Part shown: piece by piece, positions 30,844-43,148 of the stretch
Position numbering within the stretch: position 1 is the first letter of the stretch
How the letters are laid out: the number at the start of each line of letters is the position of its first letter
NCBI GenBank assembly: GCA_031835245.2
Contig: JAVKOQ020000040.1
Location: forward strand, 186,001 to 250,000
Source of the DNA: Balamuthia mandrillaris
Taxonomy: Eukaryota
Length of the DNA: 64,000 nt
Direction of reading: 5' to 3'
Program-made: the position numbers and the translations under genes
Notes under the pieces: generated by a model
What the model saw: the letters and a program-made list of their open reading frames with translations, nothing else
The model's database searches: none
Told to the model about the DNA's origin: nothing

Positions 30844-33531
30844 TCAGATGGCTTGTAGGGAGCAACCTCCTTCCACATCAAAATAGGCAGTCAGTTCAAA
30901 TGATCTCTCACAGCCTGGCTCAAACGTGCAAGGAATAATATAGTAGGGTGTGTCCTGTTGGCATTCGAAACTGCAATCCACTTTTGGCAAAATGGAATAA
31001 AAGCATTAGCAATGGGGTCTTTAAACGAACTCCTCTCTCATCTCTCACGAGGAGTTTCTTTCTTTTTTTTTAAAAAAAATTCTCTCTCTCCTTGGTATTG
31101 ATACCTTCGCGGTCATTGCGGAAGGGATACGCCTTGGCGATGACATGCTTCTTGAGTACTTTTGCAAGTCTTTTTGTCTTGCCCTTTTCGTCTGCAGACA
31201 GAACATTCAGCACCTCACGCATTAAATTAATTTTTTAAAAAAACACAAGTCACTTACCGTTTCGTTTGCACACATAAAAGCCTATACTTTGCGAGTTGAG
31301 TTTATCTTGCGAAAGAAGAATGACAATTTTACGGGCAGAGTTGGCTGTCAGCAAATACTGAGGATTGTTGGAACATGTTGCATGATTTCTACAGCCACCA
31401 GCGGTGCTTCCTTTCCACTCGCCCTTTACCGAGACAGAGTACCACTTTTCTCTACAAGGAAAGAGGGCAACAGAACCAGATGGGTTGAAGCCGTGTTGAC
31501 CAAAGATAGAAATGCTGAACTTGCCATATTCGTGAGGACGAAACGTTGCTGGTATGATTATATAGGGCATATCTCTTGGCTCCAATGTAACATCGCATAT
31601 CACTGATGACAGTAAAAGTTAGGAGAGAAAAGAGCGAGAGAATAGAAAAAAGCATTACCATCTCTTGTATTCTGAAAAGTAGCCTTTGCGATTATATCAG
31701 CTGGCTCTAAGACTAGCTTTTTAATTCCTGGAGAACAACCAATATTAAAACAAAATATCCCTGCAATAAGCGGTAGAAGTACCTACCATCACTCAAAACC
31801 ACATAAAACCCAATAGAACGCCTCTCCTGCTCATGTTGGGTCAGCCGTAGGGTCAATGCGCACTTTTCTTTTACTTCCAAGAAGAACTGAGGGTTGTCTC
31901 TCCAAGAAAGGTGGTTGACGCATCCTCCTGCTGTGTCACTTTCCCAAGCGCCCTGTTTTTTTCATTGTTAACAAGGGATCATCGAAGGAGTGTTCTTGTG
32001 GGAGGAGAAGCAAACAGAAGTAGAACTGTACCTTGATTGTAACAGACGGCAGTGAAGCCAGCTCCTCAATATATACATCGTTGTCGCTATACACTCTTAT
32101 CTCAAACTTACCTTCATGCGCAGGATCAAACGTGCATGGCAAGATTACGTAACGAGCCTCAGGTTGCAGAACAGCGTCAAGGTGAGCTGCAAAAAAAGAA
32201 AGCAAAATAAATAAGGTCGCAAAAAATAAAATGTTGAACATAGACTAACCTTCCTCACTACTGATGAAGTCAGATTTGCTGACTATATCATCAACATCGG
32301 ATCGAACGAGCTTAGCTTGTGACTCTGTATCATGTAGATAATGATGAGCAACCACCTTGGTTTTGTTTTCCATAAGAGAGCACTAACGGTACCTTGGGTT
32401 CTCAACAGATACACGCCAAGCTGGTCGAAATCCTTTTGTGACTGGATCACTTGTACCTTGACTCGGGTATTGGTGGAAGCAGTGATTAAGTATTGCGGAT
32501 TGTTGAGGTGAGTAGGATGGTTTCTGCAGCCACCCGCTGTCTCTTTGGTCCACTCTCCCTAAGAAGCGAATCCATTAAGGTTCATGAACAACAAGAAAAG
32601 AAAAAGAAGACTAAGGAGACCAATAATACACACCGACACAGAGAAGCATTGCCATCCGGCCATCACAGGGGTGATTGAGAAGGCCTGGTCACCAGTTATT
32701 GTGACAGTAAACTTCGTCTTTTCATCAGGATAAAAAGTGCACGGAATGAAGACGTACGGATGCTCCACTGCTTCCAACATAAGCTCCGCCGTTACTATGA
32801 GAAAAGGGTTGGCATTACAGAAAGAAAAAGGAGCAAAAATAAGAACAACCACAACCACAACCACAACCACAACCACAACCACAACCACAACCACAACCAC
32901 AACCACAACCACAACCACAACCACAACCACAACCACAACCACAACCACAACCACAACCAACCACAACCACAACCACAACCACAACCACAACCACAACCAC
33001 AACCACAACCACAACCACAACCACAACCACAACCACAACCACAACCACAACCACAACCACAACCACAACCACAACCACAACCACAACCACAACCACAACC
33101 ACGACAATCGTAAGGAGCAAAAGCAAATGAACAGTGGGACGAAAACGAAAAGTACAGGACAGAGGACGAACCTTGAGGGGAGTCTTCGAACTCAGACTTG
33201 GCAACCAAGTCCTTTCTTGTGAGAAGAATTTGCTTGCGGCCACTTCCTTTGGTTTAAACAGACAATAGAGAAAGAAGGACCTTTAACCTCAAGCATGACA
33301 AAAGAAGTGGGTGGTTTTTTTTAAAAAAATACCATCGCTGTTGGCAATATAAAACCCAATGCCGAATGGTTCCTTCCCCTTTGGAACTACTTGCGACAGA
33401 GTCACCTTGAGCTTCGTCTTTGCTGAGAGCTTGAGGAAGATCTGAGGGTTATCCCGCCAGCTCAGGTTGTTGATGCAACCACCGCAGCTGCCTTCGCTCC
33501 ACTCCCCCTCATACTCTGCCTGGTAGGTCAT
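30844..33531 (-). CDS. Protein built of four tandem calpain domain-III (CBSW/C2-like) repeats, no catalytic domain
   Basis: Four W...(T/C)AGGC.N...NPQ starts (WSEGSCGGCINNLSWRDNPQ, WTKETAGGCRNHPTHLNNPQ, WESDTAGGCVNHLSWRDNPQ, WKGSTAGGCRNHATCSNNPQ), each ending in (I/L)P(C/A)TF.P...F; many introns. Confidence 0.85.
32845..33100. repeat. (ACAACC)n hexamer array, intronic
   Basis: About 42 near-perfect units with one phase slip near 32958. Confidence 0.95.
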
Positions 33532-33867
33532 CTTTCCTCTCTCGAGTTTTCCGAAAATGAAATAAAGTGGGTTGCAGAAGGACTCCCCCAGCAGCAGGAG
33601 CAGCACAGAGAGGCAAGTAACGGCGGAAGACAGAGGAACCTTTTTTTTCTCTCTTTTCGTTTCCTTTCTCTCTTGTTTTATTTACTGTCGACATGAGATC
33701 TGTCGGTGCTCCCCTGCTCACTTGTTGCACAACTGCTGCTGCACATGCCCTACAGAGAACAAGATACTCCTACGACGACGGGGAGCGCTCCGCCCAGTGG
33801 TAGTTGGCCTTGTTTGCTTGTGGATGCTCTTGGGGATGGGTGGGCGGTGGGTGAGTGGGTGTTACAG

Positions 33868-34742
33868 CTAAGCCCCAACCAGCATGTTCAGCAACGCCAG
33901 CTCTGTTTGTTTTTCAAACACAAACCCTCGTTAGATATCATGCCACTCGGGAGGGAAGGGAGGAGCAGAGAGCGAGAACCTTTTAGCCGACTCTCCCACC
34001 GCAGACGAACGTGGTCGGGAATGGGAATATTGGACGCTTGCTCCGCAGCTTGTGCCACGGCTCGTATGAAGGAAAGAAACCGTTGAATCTCGTCTTTGTT
34101 GGGGTTAACGGGAGCCACTACCACGCAGCACCTGCAGGAAAGAGGAAGACATAACCCAGAATAAGTAACCTGCCGATATCTTGCTTTTGAGGTCATTTGT
34201 GTGTTTGGAATTGCGTGTTAGTTGGTGCGTTACCCTACTGGAATTTGGTGGACATAGCGGCCGAGCTCTTGGTGATGTACCTCCACGCTGACGCCCAAGT
34301 GATAGCAGTCATCGCAGAGGTCCTCCTTGTAGTTGGTCTTGGGGAGGCCCCACACGCTCTGCTCTTTCGCCGCTTTCCACAACTTGCGAGCGGCGGCCTT
34401 GCTGAGCTTGCCCTTAAAAACCTGAGGGGCCTGGAGGCCCAGCGGCTCCTGCCGTTTGACGGTGATGGACGTGTTGCCATCCTTGAGCTCCCAGATGTGG
34501 ACACGCCAGTACACCATGTTGGCAAAGCCTCCTAAAACACAAACGGTTAGCGAAAGAGTAAGCGTAAGAGCTGGAGAGAATGGAGATGAGAGAATGCAAA
34601 CAGAAGAGAATAACAACAACAAACCGCTTTCGACTCTCAATTCGATGCGTTTTGTAGGAACTTCTTCTTCTTCTTCTCCCTCCTCTTGTTCTTGTTGTGG
34701 TGGTGGCGATAGCTGCAGCGGAGCATTCTCTGCCACGTCCAT
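33868..34742 (-). CDS. Hypothetical protein (four exons)
   Basis: Consistent GT-AG splicing gives MDVAENAP...KRIELRVESGGFANMVYWRVHIW...EDLCDDCYHLGVSV...IPVGCCVV...RWESRLKELALLNMLVGA*; family not recognised. Confidence 0.65.
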
Positions 34743-35108
34743 CCCCCGTTTGCTGTGAGTTCAGCACTTCCACTTCTCTCTCTCTCTTTTTTTTTTGTTT
34801 TCCGCTGCGATCTCGAAAAACGGGAATTAGGAAAAAGAGTAGTGGCGGCGGCGGAGAGGGAGGAGGAAAAGGAGGTGACGCGACCTTTAGCTCTCCTTTG
34901 GGGTTTGTTTTTTTTTCGAGTCTGCAAAAAAACAACAACAAAACAAGCCGTTGAAAACAACAACAAAACAAGTAGCAGGAGCTCTGGGGTAGGTGCCGCT
35001 GCTCTGCATGTTTTTTTTTTTCCCTCCTTTCGATTCTCAAAAAAACTTTCCAGAGGGGGGAAGAGAACCAACAAGAACACGTAGGAGGAAGAGGGGAAGG
35101 ACCAGGCC

Positions 35109-35374
35109 ATGGACTTGTTTGAAAGCTACGAGGCGGATTTTCTGGAGACGTGCGGCAATGTTCGGGAGCAAATCAAGGCCCTGCCTAGCTTGCTCGGAGG
35201 TAACTTGGCAACTCTGTTTCACATTGCCTTTGTGGCAACCAATAACTCGCTACCTACCAACACTCAGATGAAAAACGAAACACTATCGACGAGGTGGAAG
35301 CCGACCTGGAAAGCGCAGAGGGAACGGTTCGCCTTTGCTACTTTTTCGGTCAAACATATAACAACTTAACCTTG

Positions 35375-35406
<32 letters not shown>

Positions 35407-36333
35407 GCTTTCATTTCTTGTGACTCTCTCTCTTCTCTCTCTCTCTCTTCCGATTCTCGTTCTCTTCTTCTTTCGTTCTCTCTTCTTGCAAATGCATGCA
35501 GCTACAAGCAATGGGGCTTCAGGCACGGAGTGTGAATGCAGGAGAGAGGGAGGAGGCCCAACGCTTGACACGAAAATACCAGCAAGAGCTCCGAGACCTG
35601 AAGAAGGACTTTAAGAAAGCGCAGCTGGCCTTCACCTCTTCACGCAACCGAGACGTGCTCATGGCTGGAGCCACAGAGCTGCACGTCACCTCCTTGGATC
35701 AAAGGGAACGCTTGGTGCGGGCCACTGACAAGTATGCTGACAACAAACAACGCATACGCGACATGCGCTCCACCGTTGAGTCGACCATCGAAGTGGGAGG
35801 CAACATTCTGGTTTGTTTCACTCCAATCTTTCGCAACAACAAAGAACAGAGAGAGAGGTAGAGAGAGAAAGACAAGGAGAAAGTAGAAGTAGAACTAGAT
35901 TATAAGAGGTGTGTACTGAACTTACTAAACTATGCAGGAAGAGTTAGATGACCAACGCAGCCGAATGGAACGGATGATAGACAAACTACGGGGCATCAAT
36001 AGCAAGGTAGACCAGGCCAGGGGTATCATGGGACGAATGGGACGGCGGCTCATCGCCAACAAGTTGGTAGTCATCGGCATCATTCTCGTGCTAGTTCTGC
36101 TCATACTTGCCATCATCTACCTTCGTTTCTTCTGGGGGACTGGTGGAGGCGGTGGAGGAGGCAAAAGAGAAGCACCCCATGATGATTATAACGCTGATGA
36201 TGGCCACGAGCATAGTGGCAGTGGTGGTGGTGGTGGTGGCAATTTCAGCAGTTCTACATCGTCTATAGCGCAGAGCGCTAAGAGTATAGAGGAAGGGGAT
36301 AGTGGGCGTAGAGGCTTTTGGTCATGGTTGTAG
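35109..36333 (+). CDS. VTI1: Qb-SNARE VTI1
   Basis: MDLFESYEADF Habc domain, SLDQRERL, TIEVGGNILEELDDQRSRM SNARE motif, MGRRLIANKLV plus TM, then a long post-TM tail. Confidence 0.9.
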
Positions 36334-36386
36334 GAATGAAATGGTTGGTATTCACATTGCGTTTTACTCGTTTATCAAAAGCATCG

Positions 36387-37532
36387 TCATGCTTGTTGTG
36401 AAGAAGAGGCGGTGAGCTGTTGCACAAATGATTGAAGGGCCTGCAGGGACGGCGATTGGGGGTGTTCCTCAAGAAAGCACTTGCCCTGCTCCCCGCACGT
36501 CGTTAGGTTGGGATCCAGCGGCACCCGACCCAGAAATGGTACTTTGAGGTCAGCAGCCATCGCCTCCCCTCCTCCCTTTGAGAATATGTTTGTCACTTCC
36601 TGTGGTATGCGTTTGGAACATTTTAGTGTGCTATTATCAACAAGGAGATCAAGAAGCGGCGAGAACAAGAAAAGAGAAGAAGAGGAGCAAACCTGACAAC
36701 AAGGACATACGAAACCGCTCATGTTTTCAATGACACCCAACACAGGAAGGTTTATCTTCCTGCAAAAAGAGATCTCCTTGCGAACATCGGTCAGCGATAC
36801 GCCCTGTGGCGTCGTCACAATGACAGCCCCATCCGGGTTAAAGTTGCCCAAGAACTCGGTGATGGATATGTGCTCGTCGGAGGTGCCTGGTGGAGTGTCC
36901 ACCACCAGATAGTCAAGTGGTCCCCAGTACACGTCCTCCAAGAACTGCTTTATCACAGCTGTAGTCATATGGAAATAAAAGTAAGCATTAAGGAGGAGGA
37001 GGCAAAGAGATCGTGGCGCTATACCATTCTTTTTGGGTCCTCGCCAAACGACAGGAGCGTTTTTGTCCTCCACTAAGAAGCCTATGGACATGACACTAAG
37101 CCGCTGTTCTTTATCTGCATATACAGGAACCCATCTAACAAGGAATAAAAATGCAGTGTCAACGAAAGGAGAAGAGCAAGAAGCATAAAGCAGGAATTAG
37201 TTGGTACCCTTCCGATGACTTATGTACACCCTTGTCCTCCAGGCCAACCAATTTGGGAACGCTAGGACCACAAAGGTCCACATCCAACAAGCCCACTTTC
37301 TTGCCGGCTTTGGCCAACGCCATGGCCAGCTGCGCCGAAACCGTGCTCTTGCCAACACCTCCTTTGCCCGAGAGCACCAGCACCTTGTGCTTGATTTGGC
37401 CCATGCGCTCCACCAGCCCTACGAACGAGCGAACGAGTTAACCAACAAAACAGCGTACACTCTAAGTTTTACTGAGGCTCGCTTGCTACCCGTACCTTGC
37501 GATGGCCCTTGCTGCTGCTGCTGCTGCTCCAT
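36387..37532 (-). CDS. NUBP2: Cytosolic Fe-S assembly factor CFD1/NUBP2
   Basis: [54 protein letters not shown]; lacks the N-terminal Cys cluster of NBP35. Confidence 0.93.
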
Positions 37533-37932
37533 CTTTCTCGCTACTATTTTTCCTAAACCCCCCCCGACCTCTCGGGTCGTGTGATGACGTAAGGCGTGTC
37601 GACGACAAACGAGGTTGAGGAGGCGCACCAATTTTCGGCGAGGGTTCCTCCAAGTTTCCCTCCGCGCCCCCCCCCCTTTTTCTGTTTCTCGTCTTCTCTT
37701 CTCTTTGCTGTGGAAAGTTCACAACCACACCACCACCACCACCACCAAAAAAAAAAATCAGAGAAAGGTGGCCTGCCTCTGCTTTTTCCCTGCAACAACC
37801 CGTTAGACGACGGACGGACAAGCAACAAACAAACAAACAAACAAACAAACAGGACAAGCAACAAACAGAAAATAAAAAACAAGCAAGCCAAGTCTTCCTC
37901 ACAGAGACAACAAAACCAACCAAACAAACAAA

Positions 37933-38490
37933 ATGACTGAAGTAGCCACCGAGCGCATGCCCTTCAAGCAAGAAAATTCTTTGCGTAAGTCGATTTTCAC
38001 AATCCCCCCCCCCCCCCCTTTGAATTTTTGACTTTGTCCTCTAATCCTGTTCCCCCTCTTGAAACCACAAACAAATAGCCAAGAGAAAGAGATTGGCCTC
38101 TAAAATCAGACAAGCGCACCCCGATCGGGTTCCTGTCATTGTGGAGCGTCATCAAAAGAGCACCAACGTTCCTGACATTGCTAAGAGAAAGTGCGTTTTC
38201 CCAATCCCTTCAAACCCCCATTTCTCCCCTTTCCCCTCTCCAAGCAAAAGAATTAACCATGGTTACCATGCAAACTTAGGTTCCTTGCCCCTGGCGACAT
38301 TTCTGTTGCCCAGTTCGTAAGCGAAATCAGGAAGCACATCAAGCTTGCCCCTGACACGGCCATCTTTTTGTTTGTGAATGGCACTGTGTTGCCCCAGTCT
38401 GGTGCCCTCATGTCTCAAGTTTATGAACAACACAAGGATGAGGATGGCTTCCTTTACGTCGTATACTCGGGCGAGAGCTATTTTGGTTAG
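37933..38490 (+). CDS. ATG8: Autophagy ubiquitin-like protein ATG8
   Basis: PFKQENSL...[52 protein letters not shown]; two introns. Confidence 0.95.
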
Positions 38491-38777
38491 ACAACCGCCT
38501 TAGCCTTTTTGCTGTAAATCATCATCTTCTTTCCTTTCCTTCCTTCCTTGTCAACATCATCAGCATCTTCCAGCCCTCTCTTCTTCCTTCTTTTTCGCCT
38601 TCTTTGTACATTTTTCCTAAAGAGCGCGATCTCCTCCTATGCTTGACTAAGCTTTTTCATAAACCTTGGTGTTTTATCAAACAACCTTTTAAATTCTGTC
38701 TTTGTGGAAGTGCGAAGAACCATTAGAAAAAAAAAGAGAGAGTTGGTTTGTTTTTACTGCAGAAACTGCTAATTGTT

Positions 38778-40164
38778 CTAGTGCGCAACAGAAGAGGAGG
38801 AAGAAGGACCCGGGGCGCTTCCGCCAATAGCACCAGCCCGCTTCTTCACAAAGGCTGCGCCGTCGTAGGCGTCCGCCAGTTGAATGTCGCATGTGGAGCT
38901 CTTCTCCTGGAAGTCCAATGACACCTTATGTCCAACCAGGTCCCTTATGTTTGAGATGCCATAGCGGATCATCGTTGGTCTACGCATTCAACAATAGTTG
39001 ACAGTGAGATTTGTGTGATGTGAGCAAAGTGGGCAAAGGGGAGAAAAAACAACAAGGAGAACAACAAACCTTTCAAGCGAGAGACCCCAAGCGATGACCT
39101 TGACGTCAGGGTCAAGTCCCATTGGGATAAGCATCTCGGGGCGGAAAATACCAGAGTTACCGATCTCTACCCACTTTTTGAGTTGTTTGTGGAAACCGAA
39201 TATCTCCATGCTAGGCTCTGTATACGGATTGTAGGCCGGCTTGAAACGCAACTCCGTCATGCCTTAAACATAAACAGTATTAGTAACTAACGGGAGCCAT
39301 GGTAGGAGAGGAAGAGAGAGGGTACCCCATTTGTGGAAGAACTGAGAGATGGTGCCAATGAGGTCAGCAAGAGTGAGGTCGTAGTCAGCAACAAGGCCTT
39401 CAATCTGATGGAACTCAGCCAAGTGAGTGGCGTCAAGCGTCTCGTTACGGTATACTTTGTCAATGGAGAAATACTTTTTAGGAGTGAAGACGGGTTGTTG
39501 GGCCAGCTTGTATAACATTTTGGAGGAAACTGCAGTTGTGTGAGTGCGAAGCAAATTCTTTTTGGCTTCCTCTATCTTCCAGTCGTAGCTAATGCATGTG
39601 GAGAACACAAAAAAAAAGTCAAACAGAAGAATAGAAGAGAGAAAATAAAAGAGAGAAAACGAGGAGAGAGAAAGAGAGGAGCCATACCGCCAACCAATAG
39701 AACCATTACCACCACTTTCGTGCATTTCTTTCACCTTTTGCAAGTACTCTTCAGGGTATCGCAACAGAGTGGCAGGGTTCTGCAAGAAAAAATGATGAGC
39801 TTAACCAACAAGAGCAATACAAAAGAAAAGAGAGAGTCGCACAGTGAGGAAAAAGGTATCATGGGCGTCACGAGCAGGATGTTGCTGTGGCTGGAACAAG
39901 CTGTCGAAGTTCCAGAAGGAGCTCTCGACGTAGGCGTTGGTTGGCATCTCCTCAAAACCCATTTCGAGGAAGATCTCGCGGAAGGCAGTCCGCACTTGAA
40001 GGAGAGGATGGAGATGGCCTCCCACTGGGACCACTCCCAATGAGTTGAAGTTGTAGGGCTTGAATTCCTCTGTTTGCCATGACCCACTGTTTACCAACAC
40101 GGACATCAGAGATAGCCACAGTAGAACAATAAGGTAAGAGAGCGAGAGCTAGAGCTAGAGCTAG

Positions 40165-40202
<38 letters not shown>

Positions 40203-40999
40203 ATACGAACGAAGCGATCATCTCAGGGGTGAGGTCAACAGCCAACTTGCGTTTGCCTTGAACAGAAAACTTGGCTCCTTTGCTGACGCGGAAGGCTTTG
40301 GTTTTCTTCTCTGCGATGATCTTCCGCTTTGTCAAGATGAGCAAAGTCTTCTTGTCAAATGCTCCCTCTCCCTTCTCCCGGAAGGCCTGCACCTGTTGTT
40401 GCACCTCATCTTCGATACTCTCCGCCTGGATGAAATGTAAGAAAAAGCAAAAAGTGAGACCGAGCTGACACACAGGAAAAATACGATTTAAAAAAACCTG
40501 TCTGGAGATGTTGCCGCTGGCATTATCGAAAGAAATCCAACGCCGCTTCATGGCCTCGGGGAAGCCTGCCTTGCCAAAATCAAGCTTCTGTGCTCAGCAT
40601 AAAGAAAAAAAACAGCGGGAAGGAGTGAGTGTCCACTGCACCACTTTCGTCACTGATGCTGAAAGAGGAGTGAACCACGTATTCACTTACCATGGCCTCC
40701 GTTTTCAGCAAAGTGCCACCAGCGGGAACAGCGTGCCATAGGCGTGCCTCGGGGGAGCCCTTGGCCAGCACTTCCTCTCCAAAGGGAGTGAGGACCTTGA
40801 GCTCGCTGGCTTCGAGGACGAGGGACACCAGCTCATAAACCTCCAAGCTCTTCAAAGCGCCGACGAGGAGGTCGTGCTCGCAGCCGTGCTCCTCCGCAAA
40901 GGCTTGGCTGCTGGGGATTTCTCCCTCCTTGTCCAGGCGTTGGAGCACCAGGCTTTCCAACTGTTCCTGAGACTTGGCTTCAGGTTTGCTTGCTTGCAT
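38778..40999 (-). CDS. FARSA: Phenylalanyl-tRNA synthetase alpha subunit (cytosolic)
   Basis: [95 protein letters not shown]. Confidence 0.97.
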
Positions 41000-41693
41000 G
41001 GCTTGGCTTGGCTTGGCTTGGCTTGGCTTGGCTTGGCGATGATGGCGTGGTGCTGCTGCTACTGGCTGACACTCTCTCCCCCCTTTTTCTTTGTGTGTAA
41101 TTTTTTTGGGCACCAGCAGCAGCAGCAGCAGCAGCAGCAAGCAAGGGGAGGGGCAGGGCGCAGGTGGGTAGGGCTTGTATCAAGGTTAGGGTTTGACCGT
41201 CTCCGCAGCAGCAGCTGAAGAAGGCCCCTGCGGGGCTGTGGGGAAGCAACAAACAACTTTGTACACACACAGGCTGCCTCGCATGGGCCTTTTTGTTGGG
41301 TCATCATACATGAATGGATAGTTTTTATATAATAATAATAATAATAATAAGAATTATGATGGGCAGTCGATGGCGGTTAAAACGCAGCAGGAGGAGAGCC
41401 AAGGGGAGGGACGTTGAGACGATAGAGAGACAAACGGAATCGTACCCCGTCGTCCCTTGGAGGCCGCTGGCTCGCTTGTTTGGTTGTTGGTTCGTTTGGG
41501 TACCGAGTTTGAAAGAATTGGGAGTAGAATGGAGGTGGATGCCTGTCTATCCAAGTGAACAGGCTGTTAGCTGCAATATGTGGGAAGGAGGCAGAGCTTA
41601 GGCAAACAACCATCACCACAAAAAACTTTAAAATTCAGGCGTCGGCAGAAAGAGAGAAAGAGGAGAGAAGGCAAATGAAGCCGTTGATGTGTT

Positions 41694-43148
41694 TCAGCCA
41701 TCAGCGGAACAATTGGAGACCAAAAAGTCAATGTCCATTTTGCCATTGTGGCGTCGTAAGTTGGAGGAACTTCCTCGTTGTGAAGTTGGAGCAGAGGAAG
41801 AAGAAGAAGGGAGTTGTTGGGTTTCCATGGTCATAGCGTCGTTTGACTCGGAATCCATGGGTGAGTGTATTTGAGTTCTTTGGAGTTGGCGGCGAATGGA
41901 CAACTCACTGATGTCTTCAGAAGAGGAGTCTAGTTGTTGCTGGTGCTGTTGCTGATGAGAGATGATAATTGGGTTTCCATGTTGCTGCTGAGAGGTTGGG
42001 ACAGGGCTCTGTTGTTGGAGAGGGGGCAGTTGGATGGGTCCCCCCGAAAAAGGAAACTGGACGTGAGGGTGAGAATGATGGGAAGGATGATGGTGAGGGT
42101 GATGGGAGTGATGGTGCGGGTGCGAGGGATGTTGATGCAGATGGTGAGGGTGTTGGGAATGAGAATGATGATAATGATGATGTTGAGGATGACTAACGTG
42201 TTGTTGATGTTGGTGGGATAAGCTTGGTAGCCGTGGTAAAGAGGAAGAAGGCGTGGAGGTAGCCGGAGCTGACGCAGAAGAAGAAAACGACGGAGACGAG
42301 GACGCAAAAAAAGCTGGGGAGGGCGAAGGAGAGGAAGACGGAGGGGAGGAGGAAGTAGGCGTGGACGGAGTAGGAGGAGAAGAGGGCACCGAGTGAAGGA
42401 TGAACGAGGCAAAAGGCGGGTTGGTAGTTTGTGGCATGGAATGTGCTCTCGTCCTTGTTCTCGGCAAGGGCATCTCCGGAGCTGATGAAGAAGATAAAGG
42501 AGAAGAAGCAAAGATACCAACACCATCTCTATCTCGCACAACACTGGCCGCGTGGTGATGGAAGTGTGAATGAGTAGGAGAGGCAGCGGGTGTGTTGTAA
42601 AAAGGGGTGGAAGGGGGCGTGTGCGGAGTGGAAGAAGGAGGGCTCGAAGTAGAAGAAGGCTGGAGGGTAGAAAACATGGTGGCAGGCGAGGAGGGAGCGG
42701 ACCTCAGGTCCCGCAAGGGCGTGCTCTTGTCCTCTATGCCGCTCTCGCTGAGGAAGGTGAGGAACTGGGGGGAGGGCGGCATGAAGGGGTCCGCTGCCGA
42801 GTCGGAGAGAGATCTCGTCTGTCTCGTAAGGAAACGTTCCTGTTGGATGAGGGCAGGAGAGCGGACGTCTCCCTGCGGCCAGCCACTCTGTTCCAGTTTC
42901 CAATGGCCGGTCAGGCTGTCCATGCTGCTCGTGCTGTGGGCTCCTCCTCCATGGTGGAGTACTTGGTGGCTCTGCAGTTGGCCTTGTGGTTGCCTAAGGG
43001 CGTCCTGTTGTCCGCTGTTGAGCTTCCACGTTAGCTCGAACTCGCTTTCCTTGGAGCGCTTCTTCCGCCGTAGAGGAGGCCGTTGTTGCAAGGGCAACGG
43101 CGGAACTTGAGCTCCGCTGTTACTGTGGTGGTGGTTGTTGTTGCTCAT
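41694..43148 (-). CDS. Intronless low-complexity Ser/Pro/His/Gln-rich protein, possible transcriptional regulator
   Basis: 484-aa ORF; basic RRKKRSK plus EFELTWKL near the N-terminus, a poly-His tract, C-terminal KMDIDFLVS. Confidence 0.65.
   Translation of the reverse strand: MSNNNHHHSNSGAQVPPLPLQQRPPLRRKKRSKESEFELTWKLNSGQQDALRQPQGQLQSHQVLHHGGGAHSTSSMDSLTGHWKLEQSGWPQGDVRSPALIQQERFLTRQTRSLSDSAADPFMPPSPQFLTFLSESGIEDKSTPLRDLRSAPSSPATMFSTLQPSSTSSPPSSTPHTPPSTPFYNTPAASPTHSHFHHHAASVVRDRDGVGIFASSPLSSSSAPEMPLPRTRTRAHSMPQTTNPPFASFILHSVPSSPPTPSTPTSSSPPSSSPSPSPAFFASSSPSFSSSASAPATSTPSSSLPRLPSLSHQHQQHVSHPQHHHYHHSHSQHPHHLHQHPSHPHHHSHHPHHHPSHHSHPHVQFPFSGGPIQLPPLQQQSPVPTSQQQHGNPIIISHQQQHQQQLDSSSEDISELSIRRQLQRTQIHSPMDSESNDAMTMETQQLPSSSSSAPTSQRGSSSNLRRHNGKMDIDFLVSNCSADG

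Noticed and set aside
32559..33243. WL, CG, QP and NH dipeptide-repeat ORFs
   Set aside because: Translations of the intronic hexamer array.
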